From NCBI GenBank assembly GCA_965113315.1, contig OZ220365.1: a stretch of DNA of 64,000 nt, one strand, 5' to 3'. The stretch's first letter is position 1. Each line of letters opens with the position of its first letter. The position numbers and the translations under genes are program-made. Source of the DNA: Podarcis vaucheri. Lineage: Eukaryota. The notes below the pieces were generated by a model, which was not told the origin of the DNA, did no database searches, and worked only from the letters and a program-made list of their open reading frames with translations. This document shows positions 26,201-38,800 of the stretch, piece by piece.

Positions 26201-28252
26201 TGTAGACTTTGACAGATGAGAGGTTATGAAGGTCCTGAATGTGCATTTATGTTCTGCTACAATCTACTTGTTCTTTCCTCACCACCACCATACCTTTAGC
26301 TGCTGGCTCTAGCTAGGTTTAAAGTCAAGAGAGGCAGGTTGGATAATTCCAGCCTAAGTCAGATGTCAAGGTAAACGGTGTCACATCAGTCGTACAACTG
26401 CATATGTGCACTTTTTCTCTCCTTCAGGCAACATGTGAGGCCATCACCTTTTGGTGGGCATCTTGGAACATGAAATAAGCTGTGAAGTGAGTTTTCTGAG
26501 CTATCATTATGTCCCCAGGTGGTATTTGAAGGTTGGGCAAGAGCCAGTATTTGCTTCTTTCTACCTGAAATACACGGGTAGCGCTGTGGTCCAAACCACT
26601 GAGCCTAGGGCTTGCTGATCAGAAGGTTGGCGGTTTGAATCCCTGCGACGGAGTTAGCACCCGTTGTTCGGTCCCAGCTCCTGCCCACCTAGCAGTTCAA
26701 AAGCACAGCAAAGTGCAAGTAGATAAATAGGTACCTCTCTGGCAGCAAGGTAAACGGCATTTCCGTGCGCTGCTCTGGTTTGCCAGAAGTGACTTAGTCA
26801 TGCTGGCCACATGACCCAGAAGCTGTCTGCAGACAAATGCCAGCTCCCTCAGCCAGTAAAGCAAGATGAGCGCCACAACCCCAGAGTAGTCCACAACTGG
26901 ACCTAACGGTCAGGGGTACCTTTACCTGAAAGATGGTCTGAATTAGCATTTGCAAATTTATTTCATGTAGACTTGGCCCCCCGGGTCTTGTTAGCAGTGT
27001 CCCTGGTGAGCAAAACAAGCTTTGAAATTCCACTGAGATCTTGTGCTAGAATGACTGCTGTATGAAAGATAGCCTCTGCTTCTAATTTCTTTCTCCTGAG
27101 TCTCATGAACAGTTAGGCCAAGAAGTCAACCTGAATTTAGCGAAGCTGATCATTTCAGACATACAAATGCTTGCCAGTAGGTTTTCATTCTTTACCTACT
27201 TCCGCACATCTGCCAGAACAATGACAGCTCCTATATGCTGTTCTACCTTTTTCTTTTTTTTCTAGTCTGGATGCTGCCCCCCCCATCCGGCCACTTGGAA
27301 TCGGTTCCATACAGATCCATCTGCTTTGCTTATCAGTGTGCCAGCAGAAATTACTAAGTGCCAGCTGGCTTTTTAGTTCTGGACTTACACCAGTCTGGAA
27401 TTCTAGTGAAATTGTTTCTTTATTGAGATAAAGGGGAAGAAATGTGATTTGTGGTTTTCAGAGAAATAAAATAGTAAACTGCTTGGTTTTATGTGAAAGA
27501 CAATGTATAAATGAAATATTCAGACCATGGACATATATGCAGCCTTTGCACATATAAAATTCTTGAAGGAACTGAATCTGCCCAAATGTCTTTCCCAAAA
27601 CTACCCAGTTCTTTAATAAGTAGCCTCCTCCTTCGGGGTGGGGGAGTTGTGAGCAACACACTAGGGATAGTACAGTCATACCTTGTGTTGTGTTAGGTTC
27701 ATGTTGCGTCTTTTCGGCTTGTGAACACAGCAAACCTGTAAGTGTATACTTCCGGGTTTCGTCGCACGCGCAGAAGCGTTCTGCGTGCTTCACACATGCG
27801 CAGAAGCGCTCTATCGCACGCACTCTGCGCTTGCACAGAAGTGCTGCTCTAGTTGCGGACTTTTTGGGGTGCAAACGGCACCCCAGAACAGATCCTGTTT
27901 GCAACTAGAGGTACGACTGTATTCAACTAAATTTTACTCAGAGTAGCCCCACTGAAATTAATGGCCCTAGCATAGTGATGTTCATTAAGTTTGATAGGTC
28001 TACTCTGAGTAGCACTTAGTTGAATACTGTGTTAGGCTTGTCAAAATGTTATTCTTTGAGTTGCTCTTGGAACCTAAATAATATCTCCATGATCTTTATG
28101 CTACAGAAAGGTCCTGCTTTGTCTTTGTCTTGTTTTTAATGATGCCAGCTTGCAGATTTTTAAAGGCAAAAGCTTCTAAGCTCTGCAATAGAGAGGCTTG
28201 TTTGAAAGGGAATCCTGTGATCTGCTGCATAACACAAAAACTTAAGGAGTTT

Positions 28253-28288
<36 letters not shown>

Positions 28289-29803
28289 GTGTGTAGGAGC
28301 CCTTGAACCAGTGCTGCTAAGGTGTGCCAAACCCAATGTTGCATAGGTGTAGCACCACATAGCTGCTTCGCAGACACCCACAACCAGTAGTGATGTAACA
28401 TGGTCTGATCTGTGCAATCACATGCACAGGGCTGGATCATATGTCTTTTCTAATTTTCCCACATACATGATTGCTACAACTCACAAGGCACAAAATGTGC
28501 TACAACCCACAAGGCACTACATGGCTACAGGTGTGCATAAAGAGGACCTAAAAGAATACCTTGGATTATGTGCTAACATACTTAACTAGTATACAGATAA
28601 TAAATGTAATATATCAAGTGTTTTGTGAGGCTAGTGAATTTTCTCAGTTAGCCTGAATTTAGACAAGCAGAAATCATACCTTAAGAAAAGAAAGTCAGTA
28701 TGACTTTTAATAGCTGCCTTTTTGCTTTTGTTAGGTGGTCATACAGCCTCTGGCATCCTTTGTTATAATAATCGTAATCTTGTAAAAGATTCTTTCTGCT
28801 AAGATATTCTGTATCACTTGCTATATGCTGTCTTTAATTAACAAAAGATTACTTTGAAGTCTAGAAACCTGCTGACTTTTTTGCAAGAACGTCTCAAGTT
28901 TTCTGTATCGTTTTAAGAGATAAGTAACCATGTAACATGATTTCAGGAGATGAGAAAACAAAAACCTGGTTATCTGCCATAATCTTGCACTTCTGAATTT
29001 AATCATGAAGTTTGGCATTATACTCTATTCAGAGCATTGCAATTAAAAACTCTCTTTGTTACATGGAATTCAATTCCTGATCTCAACAAAAAAGAGCTTT
29101 CTGTTTGTAGAAATAGATGTAGAGCATGTTTTAATTTGTTTTTCTTTACCAGTGATTTCTTGCTTTTGGGGAAAGCTATGGAACTAGGTAATAGAGTTGC
29201 TGAATAAATTTAATTACAGAAATATTGGATCTGAGTTTGCTAGACTTCAAGTTCTTGTAAGAGCAAAACTTTCTGGAAAGCCAAAGGATATATCTGTTTC
29301 CAGATATACTTCTATTCAGCCATTTCTTACAGAAAATTTATTTTGAAATATAATATTGATATTCTTATATGGTAGTTGTGTGCTTTTGTAGAGGAAATAT
29401 CACAATGTGCATTCCATTAATTACTTAATGCCAAAATAGGTTTCTAAGCAGTTTATGATGTATAAAAAGCAATTAAACATTAAAATATCAGCATCCATTA
29501 CTGAAATGCACAAAGTAACAATTTTGTTAAAACAATACAGCAATTAAGGGAGGAGACTAAGATCAAGAGTATATTCTGAGTTATTTCCTCATAGGATTAC
29601 TTTACACGCCCCTGATCATCTTTATTCTTCTTTGTACTTGTTCCAATTAGTTGATACCTTTCTGCAAGTGTGAATGGAAGAACTGGCTCATACTGCTGGA
29701 TGTGTAATTCAGATTAAATATTATGAATTAAAACAAGAAAAAAAATATTTGATTCGCAAGGGTTTGGGTTTTTTTTATAAAAGAAGTGCACCTGTTATGG
29801 AAT

Positions 29804-29898
<95 letters not shown>

Positions 29899-32800
29899 TA
29901 AACTATTCAGAATATGTGTATGTATGAATCATGGTAGCATCATGATATGATCTGTATTTTACAGATAAAATTTAATTTCTTGAAAATTGATGCTTAATAT
30001 ATTTTCCACTCTGTGCTCCTGACAGATTTTCTGGAAAGGTAAAAGTAACAGTTGGACTAGGCAGCTTAGCATGTTCATCCACATCTTGAAGATTTCATTT
30101 TTCCCTTATGTTCCAGCGTCTGTTGCTCTTTAGCTGTATTTCATTGAATATCAATTAAGGAAGAAGACAGGGATTGGGAAACAGCTACAGTAATGATAAG
30201 GATTTTTATCTAATTTTAAATTCAGGGCATGTTGTTTGGAAGTTTCATGGAAATATTTCAGTTGAATCAGTTTCTCAGCAATTCCAATTTATTCTGAAGA
30301 AGGCCGAGGATTGTTATTTTGATAAGTGTTTTGTTCTCCATTGGGGGGAAATGTTAGTTTTCTTCACCCCATGGAAGGAGGTTAGCTTAGTAGTCTTTGC
30401 CAAAGCTGCTTAGCAGATGGTGATTGTGTAGTGAGCAACATCCCTACTCAGATTCAAAGCATTTTATGGGGGTCTACCAGACTGGTGAATAAGACCCCTA
30501 TCGCTAGTGTTCTTCTCTCCCTATATCTCATGTTTCTAGCAATCTTCCACCTAAATGGTTCAGTAGACAGCCATCTGTCAATCTAGACCACAGTTTGTCC
30601 ATTTCTCTCCATCAATTTTGACAACTTCTGTTTTGAAATGAGTAAATGCACATGTGCCTTTTAGTACAGTGGTACCTCGCAAGACGAATGCCTCGCAAGA
30701 CGAAAAACGCGCAAGACGAAAGAGTTTTCCGTTTTTTGAGTCGTTCCGCAAGACAAATTTCCCTATGGGCTTGCTTCGCAAGATAAAACGTCTTGCGAGT
30801 TCTTGCAAGTTTGTTTCCTTTTTTTAAAAGCCGCTAAGCCGTTAATAGCCGCTAAGCTGCTAATAGCCGCTAAGCTGCTAATAGCCGTGCTTCGCAAGAC
30901 GAAAAAACCGCAAGACGAAGAAACTCGCGGAACGGATTAATTTCGTCTTGCGAGGCACCACTGTATAGCACATTCCCTGTTACCCTGTGTAAAGTAAATA
31001 TCGTTTTACTTTCTAAATTGTTCAAAGAAAAAGAGAGTTTGAGTTCGTACTGTGTTTCCTTAAGTCTATTTTTCACAAAGTGATATAAATGTGTCTACTG
31101 ATGACATGCAATATATTAACATTTGATAGTTTTGAATCTAGGACTACTTTATAGTCTAGAAACTATAGATAATTACATTTTGGAGTAGAGAGATGTATGG
31201 GTAACAATGGAGAGGTCACACTTAGTCTCCTGGGTTCCAAAATGGCTCAAGACTCTGGCGTGTCTACTTCTGTCAGAGAATCAAGATTGAAGCAGAACAG
31301 CAGACGATGACATTTAATGTGTATTATATGCATAATTTAGGTATTAAATATGTCCGTTAAAATATTCTGGTTTTTTAATGATAAAACCCAGAAATGTCCT
31401 TTAACCGGAAGGGACGGGCAGCGATTAAATGTGGGGTTCCAGTCAGCCTAAACAAATATGGAATTTGGAGCAGAATTTAATATTCAGAGAATGTCAGCAT
31501 GCATTTTTATATGTAACACGTTTGTTGTTCATTCAGCTGCAAAGGTGGGTTTGAAAGTGTGGGCCTGATGGAAACTCTGAAGCCAGAGTTAGATTTGAAA
31601 ATGTTGTCGGGGAGATAAAATACATTCATTCATCCTCAGGACTGGAAAAAAGACAGAATTTATTAAAATAGCAAAACATATTCATAGAACCATAGATCGG
31701 GAGAATTGGAAGGGACCATGAAGTCATCTGTTCCATCATCCTGCACTGTAGGAATCCTTTGCCCAACATGATTCCTCAAACCCACAACCTTGAGATACAC
31801 AATTTCCTGTTCTACCAACGTGAGCTAGCCCAGCACTTAGTTGATTGATGGGATTTACTTTGGCCAAAAGTCCTTTTCTATTCTTGAAGCAGAATTACGG
31901 TCACATTTTTTCTTTTTCTTTTCGGCAAAGAATATAAGGCTGTGGTAGCTGGTTGTGTGTTTTGGTCTCACACCACTTTGTGCCAGTTCTCTTGGGAACT
32001 TTGTCACTTCTTTAGCTGAATGTGTCCCAAACATTGGTGGGTGGATGAAGTTGTATATAAATGAACAAATTTGACACTGGCACAATTTCACCCCTGTGCT
32101 TTAGTCTGCATATGTTGGTTTGTTGAGGCCCATTTTCCACCAGGAAGGGGCAGTCTGCCAGGGGCCACATGCCTATATGATAGATGGAGACAGAGCTGAA
32201 GATAGGAACATAAGGAACCGCCTTTCATGGAGTCAGACCATCTAGCTCAGTGTTGTCTGAATGGCAGTGGTTCACCAAGGTTTCAGATTGGGGATATTCC
32301 CAGCTCTATCTGGAGATATGTACCACGAATTGAATTTAGGACCTATGAATTTGGGAACTTGAGCTATGACCCATTCTGAAGATGGATGGATTGAAAGTGG
32401 AAAGCAGGATATAGAATACCCTGCTTCAGTTTTCATCACGGCTACCTCAAATTAGAATTCCAACTCTTATGCAGATTTACTCAGAAGGAAGCTCACTGGG
32501 TTTGAATGGGTTAATCTCAAATAAGCATACAGATGCAGGGAACAGATGAATACAACTACTGTTCTGGAAAGCAAGCAAAACTAATTCCTTTCTGACTTAG
32601 GCTTCTGCCATGAGCTTGCATGCAGTGAGTTTGTTTCGAGACAGTGGGAGTTGGGAATGGAACTTCTTTCCCCAAACCATACAATCAGAAAGAAAGTTTT
32701 AAAATTTGAATATAATATTGCTCCTTTGAAAGGAGGAGAAAATACTTTAAAAGGCCAGGAATAGTGTAGCCATAGGAGGTTTTAGGGGTCACATGAATTG

Positions 32801-35800
32801 AGTTTGGGTACCACATGTTGCCTGCAGGCTGCCTACCTTGGTATCTAGCAACCAAAACACTAATGTTTATTTTTTATTTTTTTCCTCTTCATGATGTACA
32901 GAATGTGACAAGCTGCGAAGGGATGGCTATCGAAGTTCTCAATACTATTCTCAGGGCCCAACTTTCTCATCTTCTTCCAGTGCAATCTGCGGAAGTCACC
33001 ATGATGACTATGAAGAAATTGAACAAAAGGTGAGGTACCAAGCGCCCTAGGAAGTAATGTAGTATAATGCACATATAAGCCAAAATTAAATCAACATAAA
33101 ACTATAGAAGTGCAAAATAGAACTGTGCAAAATATTTAGAAAAATATGGGCCTTTAAAGCTATGCTGTTTTCAAAAACACCACCTATAGTGTGGTTCAAC
33201 TCAAAGAAGAAAATTGCAATGCAAACATCTCTGGCAGGCAGAAGTACAGATTTTGAAACCGGTTATATCAGTGCTTGCTGCTTTCATGAGCAAATAGAAA
33301 ATAAAGCCATTATCCCTTTGTGAGCACTAGCTTTGTTTTTTAGTTTTTTAAAGTGTTCATAGTTCACCTTACATTTTATTTCAAGCAAGCTTGATGTGTT
33401 CAAAGTGGACTTAGTGCAGTTCGGTTCTCTGGAAGGAAATAAACGTTGCACTATGTCAGATGTTTTGTCGGTGCAAGCATTGCAGCTTGCCTGATGGACT
33501 GTTCCCCACTCTCTCTCCTTGCCCCATGTGCTATCCTGGGGGTTCTCCTGCCCCTGCACCAATTTCAGGGACCTGAGAGGGAGGAAAACCAGAGTGTGCA
33601 GGCAGAAGTCCTTGTGTGAGCGTCCCCTGACAGAACTCAGTAGCTGAATCCTTCCCTCTGTTCTAATTGTGCATTTGTTTCTTCATTGTGATTTCTGTAT
33701 AGTATCCACTTGAGTAATACTTGCCCCTTGTGCAGGAATCTGTTATGTGCAGTGGCGTAGTGTGGGGGGTGCAGGGGGGGCCGGCTGCACCGGGCGCAAC
33801 ATCCGGGGGGGGCACTCGCAGCTCTCTGCCCCTACCGGGTTAGGGGGTGCAAATTACTTGCCTTGCCCCGGGTGCTGACAACCCACGCTATGCCACTGGT
33901 TATGTGCACTGTGTTTCATAGCTATCAGCTCCTTATCCACCATCTTCTTTCCTTTCTCAGGATCAGCCATGAACTCATAGCATATGTATGTGCTCAACCA
34001 CTGGCCCTGTTCTCATACATGTGTGTACAATATATAATAATACTTACCTACCTACCTTAAAGGGTTATTGCAAAGATACTGAAATCCTTGAACAGTAAAG
34101 ACAGCACTGTTCGGATGGGAAGTTGTTGTTGTTTGCACCCTTCTAGTTTATTTAATCTTGAAGTTAAAGGCTGAATAATGATACTTAAAAAATAAACAAA
34201 CACAGATGTGATGCATTTTCCAATAGCCTCCTCACTCCACTCCTTCCCTGTTGGTCTTCAACCATGAGTGTGTGCACTTCAATATCCCACCTGGAGAGGG
34301 TGGGATTCATGCATGAAGATCTTGAGATGGTATTATTTACTTTCAAGTAAATGTATTTAGAACTGTGTTGGTTTAAATCCAAAAAAATTATCTTAGCTGG
34401 TTTTTGGACTATGAATTTTTTAGTATTTATAACAGAAAATATAGTGCAATGTCCTCAGCAAGTCAGTATTTCTTAATAGTCCTGCAATTTTGTTCCTGTG
34501 TAGGAGAAATTATTACATAGGTGTTATTTGCACAATCAGTGAAATATTAAAATTGACTCAATAAGTGGCATTATGAGGAGATTATAGAACCGCTGAGGGC
34601 TAATTTATAGTGAAATACTACCTAATATTATAAGCAAAATGGCATTTTCCTTGAAAACTACCTTCCCATAAAAATTATCTTAGAGTGATATTCCACTTTT
34701 CTTTATTTTGATATGGTATGTACTGGTGGATATCAGTCCTCAGTGAAAGACACAGTGAGATGTACTGTTGGGTGAGGCTGTTGTTATGGTCCCTCTAGAA
34801 CTAATATTGTGGAGAAGGTGGGAAGCCTGAAGCTGAGGGAGGTTTTGCAGAGAAGTAACTTGGTATCTGAGAATATTTGTTCAAAAAACAGCAGTAATAT
34901 ATTTAGGAGAAGTGTTAGCCTCAAGGGTTGGAGAGGGGAGGTTCCTTCCTTCTCTGTGGCTCCTTCCTGAGATGGTCCCAGAAGGGGGTCTTTCAGGGTT
35001 CTTGTTGCCCCAGAACTTCAAAGGAAGGGGAAAATGAGCATTTGATGTAAAAGTCTAACGTGCAGTCCCTTTGCAAGTCCAGATCAGGATGCAGATGGTA
35101 TGAAATACATCTACTTAGGACCCTAGAAATTTTCTGGAAATCAGATCAGATGGTTAATATGATCGACTTCATGCATATTCCTGTAATTTGGTTCATACTG
35201 CCCTCAGATACTTCTGTGGGGACAGTTTGGGGTGGAGCCATCTTTTTAATGTGATAAATGGCCCTAATTCATGGCAGCATTTCTGACACCCTGTACTGAA
35301 GCATATTTCCCTTTTGTGAGTCCACTGAATTGGCTGGTTTATTATTATTATTATTATTATTATTAAAACCCTTTGATTAAAACACGACAAACTAGTATGA
35401 TATTTTCTCTCTTTCTCTTCATCACTTAAGCATGTTTTCCTTGCATGGAAAATTGATGTCTTCAGATAGCAACTCCTCTCTGCTTTCTGAAATTATGTTT
35501 ATCTTGTTGCTACGTTTACTGTGTCTGTTGTGTCTTTTTATGTGTGTGTTTTTTTCATTCTCTTTTCTTTGCCACTCATTCACTTTCTTTTTTCTCTCAC
35601 TCAACAGTCTAGTCTGTTAGACTGCCTCCCTCAGTCTTGCCTTAGTGCCTGCTGTTGTTTGATTCCATGGAAGATCAAGGTATCTGGCTCCAAAATGGGA
35701 TCATCCAGCTGTTATGTATATATACAGCTTGATGTTATTGTGAATATTCTCAAATCTTACTTTTAAATTTTCACCTATTGTTGGTTTCACGTTTTCAAGG

Positions 35801-38800
35801 TAAATCTTGTACTAACATTGTGTGCTTCTATCCTTATCTCAGTAGTTGTCAATCTAGAACCCTCAGTTTGTATATTTAATGGACTAACTCCTTTTTTACT
35901 GCTCATACTTTGTTAATGTTTTCTGTTCTCTGGGAACAGTTTACAAACTGTTATAAATGTTCTTGTAATTTGGATTGTTGTGCTGTTTTACAATAATTTA
36001 TTCCAAATCAAACAAACTATATATTGATTTATATATGAAATGGAAAACAAAACATCTTAGCATTGAATCTGAGAGTGAATGTGAGTGTCTATTAGGTTCC
36101 TCTTAACTCACATGTTTTACGACAGGGGTGGCTACCTCCCAGTTCAAGGGCCTAATCCAGCCCCCCCCCCCATTTTTGTCTGCCCCTCAAGACTCCATCA
36201 ACTTTTGCAATGGTTGCAAATGTAAACTTTTTTTAAAAGTAAACACAGCATTTGGATGAATGGCATCCAGGGTCTAGATGTGGATGCAAGTTATCCCCAC
36301 TCTGATAATGAGATTTATCATTTGATGAGTGGGAAGAGGATGATAATCCCTGTTTACTGGCTTCAGCAACCAAAATGCCACTAATCTCATTTCTGAACAT
36401 TCCTTTTTCAATCCTTACTATATGCTTTCCTCTACTGAAAACAAATAATGTTTTTGTTCCACCGTGTTCTATTAAGAAATCTCAGATGACAATCTTAAAA
36501 GATCAGTTTACTGAAATGAAATCTGAAACTTTTAATAACTGCTATTATATTTATTGAGCAATCCAACCATCTCAGTATAACATTGGGAAAAATAATATTT
36601 AGTAATACAATTAAGCATGAAAACCAAACTGTGCTACTCTTTGTAATACATAAGAATAATATTAATTTCGCTTCCTATTCATTCTCATTCCTTTTCTTCT
36701 AACACTAATCTTTGGACTGAGTTTTAAACCACCACAAATCTGCATACTATTTGGTTTCTTTATTATAGGCTTTGTTGGAGCAATGAATTCAAGTTGCTGC
36801 TTATTCTGAAGAGTTGTTATTTCCTTTGGGACTTGTGCCTGCCTTTGAAATAGTCATTTAAGAACATATTGTTACACACCACCCCAGTCTTCACAGCAGT
36901 GCAAGATTCCAGGGGTTACAGCGGAGACTGTGGTGTCTTTATGATATATGGTTCATTTACAACATGAACCTACAATGGAGGAACTCCCAGGATTACACTC
37001 CAAAGCGGGTCCTTTTCCTCCCATGGGTGTAACGTTGGATTCAAACTGCCCACCCCATTCTGCTCTAACCCACACTTTCCAGCTTTGAAACTGCTTTCTA
37101 AATGCAACTATTTCCCCTTCAGCTTACATAACCCCTCACTGCTGTTCTGAAACTTCCTCCTCACCACTCTGGCATTGTCTTTTGTTAACTACCCAGAGCC
37201 CAGAGTGGGGGGGTTCACCCCTCTCCATGACTTTCTTGATGAGTCATCATTCTGTTTTTGCTTGCTTAATGGCTAGGCCATTCACAGTCTCACCTGGCTA
37301 TTTTGATATAAATCCAAGCACCCAAAAACTCTGATACCCAAAGACCTATAACAATATTCAAAGAGTGGAGTCTTCATTCCCAGCTGTTTGTTGGGGAATG
37401 CAGCCAGAACACAGGAACTCTCTGGGGCAAAACTAGGGGCTGTGGCAGGGTGGGGGGCCGCATGGTGGGATGCATCCATTGCAAGAAGTTAGTACAGTCG
37501 TACCTTGGTTCTCGAGCGCCTTGCTACTAGTACGTTTTGGCTCCCAGATGCAAAAACCCGGAAGTAAGTGTTCTGGTTTCCGAACATTTTTTGGAAGTCG
37601 AACATCCGACACGGTTTCCGCTTGAGTGCTGAAAGCTCCTGCAGCCAATTGGAAGCTGCACCTTGGTTTTCAAACACTTTCGGAAGTTGAACAGACTTCC
37701 GGAACGGATTATGTTCGAGAACCAAGGCACATGCACACCTTTCAGACATACACAGGTCTTAGAAATTCCAGAGCTGATGTTTTCAGGATGTTGACTGGTA
37801 GATAGTGTCAAAGCCCTACCTCAGCTGCCCCAGCCATAAACATCTACAATTTTATGATTCTGTAATTAATTTCACCCTTGGCTGAGATACTTTTGAAAGG
37901 TTGTTTTCCATGAGGGCTGAGAATAGGGCCAGGTGTGAGTAACCAAGCGATCCCAGGACCTGGAGGATTTTTTAATGGATTAAAGCAGGCTTTGCCAACC
38001 TGGTGCCCTCCAGATGTTTTGGCCTACAACTCACATTAGCCCCAGTCAGCACAGCCATTTGGCTGGGGCTGGTGGGAGACATCTGGAGAGCACCCAGCTG
38101 TGCACCAGAGAAGGAAACAATTGCTGCTTGGATTGTATCAAAATGTTTGTATGCACTAAAACTTGGAACAACATTTGGACAGTGTTTTGATCAGAGTAGC
38201 TGATCTGACTATTTAAATCAGGCATAGGCGAACTCGGCCCTCCAGATGTTTTGGGACTAACAACTTCCATCATCCCAGACCGCTGGTCCTGTTAGCTACG
38301 GATGGTGGGAGTTGAAGTCCCAAAAGTCTGGAGGGCCGAGTTTGCCTATGCCTGATTTAAATGGTCTATTATTTATTGGCCATCGGATCAGCTGATTTAT
38401 TTTCCCATGTGTCGAAATGGTGAATTTTGTTTGTTTTGTATAACAAGGATTCAGACATAAATTTACCTGTCTGCCTATGTGTGTGATTTGTTTTGCTTCA
38501 TGCCTCACAATTGCTTTTAAAATATGCTTTATTTGCAGTTTCCTTGAAAAAGAAGGAAAGTTATATAGTATACATTTATGTCTCTGTCTCTTGTCATGTT
38601 CGAAGAGCCCCTGGTGACTGGCTAATGGCAGCTGGGTTTCCAAATACAATACACTGGGTCAACATAACATGACAGTTATTCATTTTGACAATGTCAACCA
38701 ACCAGATAAAAAGTAGGTTACTGGGGCTTATCACACAGCACCATGCTTGAAGTATTACTCCCTTGGCACCTGAGCCTAGAGCAAGCTTTTTTTCATGTGT

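Noticed and set aside
30667-30963. Repeated GCAAGACGAA motifs resembling a CRISPR array or iterons
   Set aside because: Repeats are 10 nt, irregularly spaced, in both orientations and inside TA-flanked terminal inverted repeats. The context is eukaryotic with no cas genes.
31761-31833. tRNA-Lys gene on the - strand
   Set aside because: Anticodon and T arms are heavily mutated and it is fused to a CR1-like tail, so it is a SINE head.
35728-35799. A second 72-nt AG..GT segment after exon 3a, suggesting a mutually exclusive partner
   Set aside because: It has an in-frame TAA, no pyrimidine tract, and lies only 48 nt from the 3a donor.
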